Source of the DNA: Myxococcota bacterium
GTDB taxonomy: Bacteria > Myxococcota_A > SURF-8
Reading direction: 5' to 3'
NCBI GenBank assembly: GCA_963674735.2
Contig: CAXXQS010000001.1
Location: forward strand, 160,001 to 224,000
Length of the DNA: 64,000 bases
Positions 40,501 through 47,556 of this stretch are shown in pieces. Position 1 is the first letter of the stretch, and every line of letters begins with the position of its first letter. The notes beneath the pieces were generated by a model. It did not search any database. It saw only the letters and a program-made list of their open reading frames with translations, and was not told the origin of the DNA. Both the position numbers and the translations under genes were made by a program.

Positions 40501-42062
40501 TCGAAGCTACAGTCGCCTTGGGAGTTCAGATAATCGCGCGTGCAGGGGTTGGCATCGTCGCAAACAATGTCGGTGTCTCCATCGATGTCGCCGTCGACGG
40601 TCAGGCAATCGATGAGTTCGTTGCAGGGGGCGGTGGAGAAGCATTCAATCTGATCGGGTGCCAAGTTGTAATCTTCGCAGAGGTCGATGCAGTCTTCAAC
40701 GTTATCGCCCAAGAACGAGCCGGAATAAAGAAATCCGCAATCCTCTGCGTGTAGGCAGGCCGTTTTGCAGGTATAGGGATCGTCGGGATCGATATCGCCA
40801 TCGATGATGTCGCCGTCGATCACGTCGTCATCCTCATCGCCGTCTACCACGTTGACGCAGTTGTAAAGGTCGCTGCAATCTTCGGTGGACAAACATTCCA
40901 GTTGGTTGGGACCGAGTCCGTATGACTCGCAGAGATCCGTGCATTCGTAGACATTGGCGCCGAAAAGCGAACCGGAGTAGAGATAGCCGCATTCATCCGC
41001 ATGCACGCATGCCGTCTGGCAGCTGTAGGGTTCATCGGGATCGATGTCGCCGTCGATGAAGGCTTCCACTTCATAGAGTACGGTGCGGCGGTCGTCGTAG
41101 CCGTATGGATCGAGGGACTCGCTGTCGCGAACTTCGATACGCAAACGGTAAGTGCCTTCAGATTCGGGGGTATAGTCGATCGCCGGGCTCCCCGGATAAT
41201 CCTGGACAACCTGCCAGGTTTGGCCCGGAGCACGAACCGAATAGCGATACTCGACGGAGTTGGGGCTTACCGCGTAGACATTCAGGAAAATGTTTTGACC
41301 GACATAGCCCTGGGGCGGTTCGACATTGAACCAGACAATTTCCGCTTTGGGCCAGGGGATGTCGTCGTCGGGCTCGATATCGCCATCGATGTCCCCATCC
41401 GTGCCCTCCGGTATCACCTGGTGTTGGACCGTAGCATCGTCATCGAAGCCGTTCGGGTTTACAGACTGCGGATGTCGAATCTGGCAGCGGAAGGTGTAGA
41501 GACCGGGGATGTCGGGACGGAAAGAGATGCTGAAAGACGGAGAGAAATCGACTATATCCATCCACGCGGAGGGGCCTCGCCGGTAGCTGAATTTGTAGAG
41601 CGCGGCTTGGCCATCGCTGGTAGTCGCTTCGGTACGCAGAAGCAGGCGCACGCCTTCTTCGGTGGGGGAGGCCGGCAAAATGAAGAATGAAATCAATTCG
41701 GCGGTTTGATCGATATCACCATCTGTATCCGGGCCATCGACCTGGTCCCCGTCGGTGTCGCCATCCACATCCGGACCATCCACGAGATCGCCATCGGTGT
41801 CGCCATCCGAGAAATCACCGTCGGTATCGCCATCCGGGATGTCATTCTCGTTCTGGTCGCCATCGGGATTGGGGGCGAAATCGAAGTCGCCCTGCATGCC
41901 GGGTCCAGGGACACAGGCGTAATCATCGTTACAGACGTAGCCTTCCGGGCACTGGGCGTCGGTCAGACATTCACCGTCGACAGTGATAGTGGGAGGACCG
42001 TTACAGGCAGCCAGAAAAAGGAACAAAGCGGCAATCCAATAGCCGAACAGTCTGGATGGCAT
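37578..42062 (-). CDS. Giant modular Cys/Asp-rich surface lipoprotein (Ig-like repeats, thrombospondin type-3 repeats)
   Basis: Lipobox LAAC; 7 ~100-aa beta repeats ending G(Y/F)DD; TSP3 'D.D.D.VPD..DNCP..YNP.Q..SD.D..GDACD'; DGDxD linkers. Confidence 0.85.
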   Translation of the reverse strand: MPSRLFGYWIAALFLFLAACNGPPTITVDGECLTDAQCPEGYVCNDDYACVPGPGMQGDFDFAPNPDGDQNENDIPDGDTDGDFSDGDTDGDLVDGPDVDGDTDGDQVDGPDTDGDIDQTAELISFFILPASPTEEGVRLLLRTEATTSDGQAALYKFSYRRGPSAWMDIVDFSPSFSISFRPDIPGLYTFRCQIRHPQSVNPNGFDDDATVQHQVIPEGTDGDIDGDIEPDDDIPWPKAEIVWFNVEPPQGYVGQNIFLNVYAVSPNSVEYRYSVRAPGQTWQVVQDYPGSPAIDYTPESEGTYRLRIEVRDSESLDPYGYDDRRTVLYEVEAFIDGDIDPDEPYSCQTACVHADECGYLYSGSLFGANVYECTDLCESYGLGPNQLECLSTEDCSDLYNCVNVVDGDEDDDVIDGDIIDGDIDPDDPYTCKTACLHAEDCGFLYSGSFLGDNVEDCIDLCEDYNLAPDQIECFSTAPCNELIDCLTVDGDIDGDTDIVCDDANPCTRDYLNSQGDCSFDPLPNGSSCSDGLVCTEGDLCYFGHCVSLELDCDDDNSCTDDFCTEPTGCSSTVLPDGTPCETNDPDIPEGICASGICSAWPRAVINDFYGDPADEAFLGETINLRIRSESPPPYMYYRIDVRRAGEGWVTLMDFPGYYTAEWNPSETGSYELRARVFHPDSLDPRGYDDERIITYEISTDWPKAKITDFYADPADEAAVGETVSLRIRSESPPPYMYYRIDARIEGGEWMTVMDYPGYFQKDWSPESPGNYQLRARVVHPDSEDPRGYDDEAFLSYTVSADWPKAVINDFYGTPDETADLGEMVSLRIRSESPPPYMYYQIEARLEGGSWTTIMAYPGYFQHDWTPGEAGSYELRARVVHPDSEDPRGYDDEMIIPYQVVGSWPAARITDFYGTPDGNADFGEAVSLRIRSESPPPYMYYRIDMQFEDGDWVTLMDYPGYYLYSWAPTQAGNYRLRARVFHPDSEDPRGYDDEMTIEYRISADWPTADIVSFSAAPPDQAQIDDPVALSISTDPASPIHYRVDYRLDGGPWQNLMDYPGASNIVWTPEAAGQYNLRARVLHAESVDPTGYDDEVVLDYLVYQEVDGDTDGDLPVYDCHSACSRIELCGYLGAGLPFGDTIEECIDFCEDAALDSAVLACLSLEDCNTLWNCLEVVDGDIDGDTDEPLDRDGDDVPDVDDNCPSHYNPQQENSDRDLLGDACDNCIYAANQNQLDSDNDGLGNACDPTAFDPNACAEVGCSDDSSCTNYGLLCLENMGICSRDCGGGSDCPKPWTCGSDGYCACPDDPPDCPVICSTDTQCSNDLPFCADVYGFDEVKECSKACDTDSQCPSGYRCHYGNCVCDYLSNDRCVQSECSTDAECTEQGWNECLFVEPLGMQWCTQSCGNDQDCPDMSSCFEGYCLCEELPPPECNYGSCFTDENCWSIYGSQSYCTGEWWPLFERYCTQSCVTNIECIETFGADFICDTGECRCRE
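39051..40262 (-). repeat. Four tandem 303-bp (101-aa) intragenic repeats
   Basis: TAGTACATGTA recurs at 39241, 39544, 39847, 40150; protein motif 'LRIRSESPPPYMYY' x4. Confidence 0.9.
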
Positions 42063-42570
42063 GGTGTGTACTCCTTCAAACGTCCGCAAACATCAATCCA
42101 TTATCGATCATGACACTCCATATTAAGTAAAAGGAGCCTTCATGTAAAGAATTATAGTGTAATTATGCAGTGCTGGCTTCAGATTGTCGAAGTTTGTCAA
42201 GCCGGATCGAGAACGATCGTTTGGTTTAGTCGACGGGGTTGCGCCAAGGTTTGCGATTTTCGATAATCGGAAACGAATACGGCTTTCAATTGCGAATAAT
42301 AACAAATAATAACAGTTAGTTAAAGCAGTCGTCAAAAACCGGACGAAATTGGGTTCCGGCGGAGAGAATCTCAACTTTAAGGTCTCATATCGTCACAATC
42401 TTGACGAACGAATTGTTTTGCATATGTATGAGTTGTACTGATATAGGGACGAAATTTTCATTATTCTGAAAAATTAATGTTGAATTTTGCAAAATTTCAG
42501 ATATAATCGATGTACATTCAATAGAGGATACTTAAGTCAGAATTTTGGCAGACCAGGGGAGAATGTGACG

Positions 42571-42786
42571 ATGAAGAATTTCACATTGGTGATCGGACGG
42601 GATCACGAATCGGGAATGCTGACGGCGGTCGTGCCGGAATTACCGGGTTGCATGACCAGCGGTGATTCGTTGAGCGAGCTTGAGTTGAATGCCAAACAGG
42701 CGATTCAGGTCTATTTAGACAGTAATTTCCGCCTCGCTCCGACTACCCAATTCTTGGGGGTCCAGTCCATTCACCTCGATTCTTGA
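42571..42786 (+). CDS. HicB-family antitoxin (short form)
   Basis: 'A.VPELPGC.T.GDS..E...NAK.AI..YL'. Confidence 0.85.
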   Translation: MKNFTLVIGRDHESGMLTAVVPELPGCMTSGDSLSELELNAKQAIQVYLDSNFRLAPTTQFLGVQSIHLDS

Positions 42787-42888
42787 GTATATCGCCTGCG
42801 GGCGTTTGGGCTTTGGCCGCTCTTGCCGAGCGGTCTTTGTTGCGCGTAACCTGCTTTGGGAACGCGCAATTTCTTTATGTGGTTCAGG

Positions 42889-43545
42889 CTAGTTAGCCCA
42901 AGTCAGGATCTGCTTTACCAGCTTCTCGATTCCCAGACTAACCGGATGAATGGACGGTCCGAGCATGTATGCCGGGCAACTGGCGATTTTGTGCTCGTTG
43001 TCGAATACCGCTTGATCTACGGTGGCCATGACATGCTTTGCCCCAGTGCTTTCGATGGCCGCTGCCGTGTTGGCGTCGGTGCCGATCGTTAGTTGAATCC
43101 CGTATGATCCCAGCACTTTGGCGGCCAGAACGGGCGCGATGCAGATGAAGCCGATCGCTTTGTGTTGACGGTGCATGTCGGTAATCAGGCGTTCGACATC
43201 GGCATTGACCGTGCAATCGGGTCCTTTCGTCGCCCAGTTACACAGGTTTTTGGCCGCTCCGAAACCGCCCGGAAAGATCAGGGCATCCAGTTCGTCAGCG
43301 GAAATCTGAGCGATATCAATAATCTGGCCGCGTGCGATGCGCGCCGATTCCACCAGGACATTGCGCTTTTCGTTGGTCGGCTCTTTACGAGCGTGGTCGA
43401 TAACTTCGATGGTGTCGGCATTGGGGGCCATGCAGATGATTTCGGTTCCTTCGCGGTCGAGGTGAAGCAAGGTCAAAGTCGCTTCGTGAATCTCGGCCCC
43501 ATCCATAAATCCCGCGCCCGACAGAACCACTCCAATTTTCGGCAT
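42889..43545 (-). CDS. elbB: ElbB/ES1 DJ-1/PfpI-family glyoxalase
   Basis: 'LSG.G..DG.EIHE', 'RNVLVESARIARG', 'PGGFGAAKNL', 'ICIAP', 'PAYM'. Confidence 0.93.
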   Translation of the reverse strand: MPKIGVVLSGAGFMDGAEIHEATLTLLHLDREGTEIICMAPNADTIEVIDHARKEPTNEKRNVLVESARIARGQIIDIAQISADELDALIFPGGFGAAKNLCNWATKGPDCTVNADVERLITDMHRQHKAIGFICIAPVLAAKVLGSYGIQLTIGTDANTAAAIESTGAKHVMATVDQAVFDNEHKIASCPAYMLGPSIHPVSLGIEKLVKQILTWAN

Positions 43546-43737
43546 GGGTTTCTCCTTTCCGTAAAAACGGCAACAGCCGTCCGTTCATGTTTCCCTTTAG
43601 GAGCGAAAACGCCTCTCCCAATCATCCCCGTTTTTTCGCTTGAGCGCGATTCCACTTAAAAAGAGAGCATCCCGAAAGTATGGTAGCAGGCCCATCAGAA
43701 TGTGTAAAGGCCGCGGATGTGGCTTTAATTCGGTGGA

Positions 43738-45132
43738 TCAGGTGGGACCGAGGCGGTGACCCTTGGGAAGGCGCTTGCGTATTTTGCCGACCACGTCGTA
43801 GTCGTGGGTATGCGTGATCGTGATCGGAACGATGCGGCCTGCTTGCGCTTCGCCATCGCTGATATAGGTGACGCCGTCGATATCGGCCGCCTGCCCCCAG
43901 AATCGACCGACGGTCAGCAGCTCGTGTTCAGCGCTTTCACCCATGATCAGGGTGTCCACCACTTTGCCTTTCAAGCGGCTTAGCCGTTGGCGCGATACCT
44001 TACGTTGCGCTTCCATGAGACTCTCCAGGCGTTCCGCCTTAACCTCTTCGTCGATCTGTCCCGCCATGCGCGCTGCCGTTGTGCCTTCTTCCGGGGAATA
44101 GGCGAAGGCTCCCAAACGGTCGAAATAGCCATCTTCCACCAGCGCGAGCAGTTTCTCGAATTGTGCATCGCTTTCGCCGGGAAAACCGACGATGACCGTG
44201 CTGCGCAAAACGGCATTGGGTAGATGGTGCCGCACGCGCTCCAGGGCCAAGCGGGTGGTCTGTTCGTCATCGCGTCGGCGCATGGCTTTCAAGATGGTGT
44301 CGTCGATATGCTGGATCGGCATGTCGATGTAAGGCAGGACGGCCTCGCTGTCGGCCATGGCCTGCAGGAGGTCATCGTTTACCCAGTGTGGATAAAGGTA
44401 ATGCAGACGCGTCCAGTGAGAGCCTTCGGCTAGGGAGGGATGCTCGATCAGTTTGGCCAGCGAGGCCCCGTCGCGGCGGTCTTCGCCGTAGGCGCTGAGA
44501 TTCTGGGCGATCAGGTTGAATTCCATCACGCCTTGGGCCTTGAGTTGTTCGACTTCCTGCCAGATGTCGGCCATGGAACGGCTTTTCTGCGGACCGCGCA
44601 GCTTGGGAATGATGCAGAAGGCACAGCCGCAGGAACAACCTTCAGCCAGCTTGATGTTGGCGGTATAGGGCGGAGTGGCCAGCCGCCGAGGCGTGTCGGC
44701 GTCCAGAAGAAAACCCGGACGGCCGATGTGCAGTCGCGTCCCTTCACCCATGAGAATCTGTTCGAGCGTCAACAGGTCACCGGTTCCGATGAAGTGATCC
44801 ACCTCGGGCAAGTCGTCGGTCAGATCGGTTGCATAGCGTTGCGCCAGACATCCGGCCATGATCAGGATGCGGCAACGACCGCTCTGTTTGAACTCGGCCA
44901 TTTCCAGAATCGTGTCAACCGACTCTTCTTTGGCGTCGCCGACGAAGGCGCAGGTGTTGACCACGATGGCTTCGGCTGCGGCCGGGTCGGGGACGATCGT
45001 CCAGCCGGCTCGTTCGCTCAAACCCAGCAACACTTCCGTATCGACGAGGTTTTTGGCGCATCCCAACGAAACGAAGTGAATGGTTCGGGAAGAGGAACTG
45101 TTTGGCGATTGTGTTCGACGAATAGAGCTCAC
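43738..45132 (-). CDS. rimO: Ribosomal protein S12 methylthiotransferase
   Basis: 'SLGC.KN.VD.E', 'NTCAF...AKEES', radical SAM CxxxCxxC, 'RLHYLYP', C-terminal TRAM 'A.DIDG'. Confidence 0.93.
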   Translation of the reverse strand: MSSIRRTQSPNSSSSRTIHFVSLGCAKNLVDTEVLLGLSERAGWTIVPDPAAAEAIVVNTCAFVGDAKEESVDTILEMAEFKQSGRCRILIMAGCLAQRYATDLTDDLPEVDHFIGTGDLLTLEQILMGEGTRLHIGRPGFLLDADTPRRLATPPYTANIKLAEGCSCGCAFCIIPKLRGPQKSRSMADIWQEVEQLKAQGVMEFNLIAQNLSAYGEDRRDGASLAKLIEHPSLAEGSHWTRLHYLYPHWVNDDLLQAMADSEAVLPYIDMPIQHIDDTILKAMRRRDDEQTTRLALERVRHHLPNAVLRSTVIVGFPGESDAQFEKLLALVEDGYFDRLGAFAYSPEEGTTAARMAGQIDEEVKAERLESLMEAQRKVSRQRLSRLKGKVVDTLIMGESAEHELLTVGRFWGQAADIDGVTYISDGEAQAGRIVPITITHTHDYDVVGKIRKRLPKGHRLGPT

Positions 45133-45213
45133 GGCAGTCTCCGTTGGCGACAGTCAAGGCGCGCAGCATAACGGGTTTCGGGGGAGGGTGCAAGGGCTTT
45201 GCGGCAGAAGAAG

Positions 45214-45390
45214 GGCGTTTCAATTCTGATTGAGTCTCGAATAATCTTCGATTGATGATGGGTGGCACGGGCTAAACCGTTAAGTTTGCCCGTGAAAACA
45301 ACATGGGCAAGCCAAAGGCTTGGCCCATGGCACCCCGTAAGCCGAATTATAGTGGGTGGAAAACGGTGAAAAGCTTAGAATTGAAATGCC
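45214..45390. mobile_element. MITE/REPIN-like element with terminal inverted repeats and an internal REP doublet
   Basis: 14/16 inverted repeat 45214-45229 vs 45375-45390; hairpins CACGGGC/GCCCGTG and CATGGGC/GCCCATG closed by GGGTG/CACCC (45260-45335). Confidence 0.5.
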
Positions 45391-45410
45391 TTGCCGCAGA
45401 AGAGGGCGCT

Positions 45411-47051
45411 TCAGCGGGGGAGGTCGGCCAGGTTGTCGGGAATGCGCCGAGCGCGGGCGAAGGTGAGTAAGTCGGCCATAACGGGCATTTGGGGGTTGCG
45501 CGCCAACGTTTGTTCATAGAGCTCGATGGCTTGTTCGAATTCCCCCAGCCCATGATAGCAAATGGCGCGTTCCCGATCGAGGAATGCCTTGTCGCGTTCG
45601 GCGGATATCGTTCGGGCTTTTTCATACGCCAGCAAAGCTTGATTAAAATCGCCCTCGACGCGCCTGAACCAGCCGAGATTGGCCTGCACCCGCCAACTTT
45701 GTGGAGTGGTTTCGGCGGCGGACTCGAACAGGGATAGATTGTCGTGCCAATCCAGATTACGTGTCATGATGCGCCAAGACATGCTCGCGATCAGCAGAAT
45801 CAGTAAAACAGCCAAAACTTGAACTTGCCGATGATGCAGGCGGCGGCGTAACTCGACCAGAATCAACCCTAATAGTAGGCAGAGCCCGAAAGACGGCAGG
45901 AGCAGTAAGCGTTCGGCTACCAAGGTGGGTAGCGGGGTGAGTAGGTTGCTTGCCGGAGCGAATGTGATCAAGCTGAACAACAAGGCCAGGGTCAGAATCG
46001 GGGTGCGTCGAAAGGAGGCGACAGCGAGTGCAAAGGCACCCAGTAGCAGAATCAGCATCCCGATCGGTTTCGGATGAAACAGCGAGGTTACAAGCGGAAT
46101 CTGATTGAACGAGTAATCGATGGACAACCGCCACGGCCAGAGCAACAAACGCAGGTATTCCGCTATGGCGGTGAGAGCCGTCGAAAAATAGACGGACGCC
46201 GGTTGTCCGGCGAGTGGTGTGTCGGCACGGTGAATGGCCGGAGTCAAGGCCTCGAAAAAGTGATAGCGAAGAGCAAAATAGGCGGCCAGGACCAAGAGGA
46301 GAATCAACCATTGGGTCCACATATGGGTAACGGCGGAACCTTTGGAGGGTTGGGCGAACAGATTGCTCTTGGGTTGATTCATGATCAGATTCAGATCGAA
46401 AACCAGAAAAATGCCCAGTAAGGTCATGCCGGTTTCTTTGGAAAGAAGAGCCAGAATGAACAAGCCGATCGCCCATCCTCGCTGCCAGATGTCGGCCGGA
46501 GTTTTACGCAGTCCGGCATATATGACAGTAGCCCAAAGAACAAAAAAAGCCGATAGCAGGTCCGAGGTCGCGGAGATGGAGTTGACCGCTTCGCTGTGAA
46601 CCGGGTGAGCGGCGAATAGCAGGCCGGTCATGAGGGTGACTGCCGGATTGTGGGTCAGGCGGTAGGCCAGCAAACCGGCCATGAAAGTGACCAGGGCATA
46701 CAACAGCAGACTGATCAGGTGGAAAGCGAAAGGATTGAGCCCCATCGATTGATGGACGATCCGCATAAGCAACCCCGTTACCGGTCGCCAGGAACCGGTG
46801 GCGTCGCTTCCCGATAGGCACCACACATCCCGGCTCAACAATTCGCCAAGAGGTAACTCCCCTTTCACACAAGGGTTCTCGACGATGGTACGGAAGTCGT
46901 CGTAGGTGAATCCGTTAGGTAGGCTGTTGGCATACAAAACAAGTGACAACAATGCCGGAAGCAGCAAAGTCGCTGCGATTGCTCGCCGGGTTGCGATTCC
47001 CTCTACGAGGACCGTCACCCGGCGTCCTGGTTCGACGAGTAGCGCCGACAT
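45411..47051 (-). CDS. TMTC-like (DUF1736) GT-C membrane protein with C-terminal TPRs
   Basis: 'F.YDD...I..N', 'WRPVT', 'LFA.HPVHSEAV', 'LSKE', 'LS.DYS', 'AER.L.LPS', 'RN.DW', TPRs. Confidence 0.85.
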   Translation of the reverse strand: MSALLVEPGRRVTVLVEGIATRRAIAATLLLPALLSLVLYANSLPNGFTYDDFRTIVENPCVKGELPLGELLSRDVWCLSGSDATGSWRPVTGLLMRIVHQSMGLNPFAFHLISLLLYALVTFMAGLLAYRLTHNPAVTLMTGLLFAAHPVHSEAVNSISATSDLLSAFFVLWATVIYAGLRKTPADIWQRGWAIGLFILALLSKETGMTLLGIFLVFDLNLIMNQPKSNLFAQPSKGSAVTHMWTQWLILLLVLAAYFALRYHFFEALTPAIHRADTPLAGQPASVYFSTALTAIAEYLRLLLWPWRLSIDYSFNQIPLVTSLFHPKPIGMLILLLGAFALAVASFRRTPILTLALLFSLITFAPASNLLTPLPTLVAERLLLLPSFGLCLLLGLILVELRRRLHHRQVQVLAVLLILLIASMSWRIMTRNLDWHDNLSLFESAAETTPQSWRVQANLGWFRRVEGDFNQALLAYEKARTISAERDKAFLDRERAICYHGLGEFEQAIELYEQTLARNPQMPVMADLLTFARARRIPDNLADLPR

Positions 47052-47188
47052 GAAGGCTCCATTCTGTAAAAACACTTTATTATAGCATAGTTACATGTCG
47101 GGCGCAACGATTGCGCGTCTTTCGCGCAAATCTTTCTCCCCTATGCGTCGGGCGAGGTGTCGATACCGGGAAGCCGGGTGGTCAACGC

Positions 47189-47404
47189 TTAGAGATCGCG
47201 GGTTATTTCACCATCTTGCGGGAAACGTCCAACCTTGTGTTTCGAGAAAACAAGAACGCCGTCACGGCTGACATCGAGGACTCCGCCGCTGCCGGGGTGT
47301 AAGGCGATTTCCGCTTGCGGATCGTGGGCTTTGATTTCCGCCGACAACCTGTCGGCGCGGGGTTTGTAGTTTCAAGACGTGCAGTAGGTGATGGACCATT
47401 TCAT
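47189..47404 (-). CDS. SelW/SelT/SelH (Rdx) family selenoprotein, UGA at codon 11 read as Sec
   Basis: MKWSITYCTS-U-NYKPRADRLSAEI...PGSGGVLDV..DG.LVFSK...GRFP..GEI; AAAGGA RBS; SECIS-like hairpin downstream of the UGA. Confidence 0.9.
47339..47357 (-). promoter_or_regulatory. Bacterial SECIS-like hairpin
   Basis: mRNA CGCCGACA-GGU-UGUCGGCG, stem starting 14 nt after the in-frame UGA (47372-47374). Confidence 0.75.
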
Positions 47405-47491
47405 AACGATTCCTTTCATGGCTCTCGGCGGGCATGCGTTTGTCCGCCCGACCGGAATTTATCTCGTCACTATAACACATCGGGAAAGCGC

Positions 47492-47520
47492 TTGACCACA
47501 CTTCCGACTCGCTCTAGGAT
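47492..47520 (+). promoter_or_regulatory. Sigma70-like promoter of polA
   Basis: TTGACC-N17-TAGGAT. Confidence 0.5.
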
Positions 47521-47556
47521 GAGCCACCTTTTAACGGTTGATTCGAGGCAGGGACC

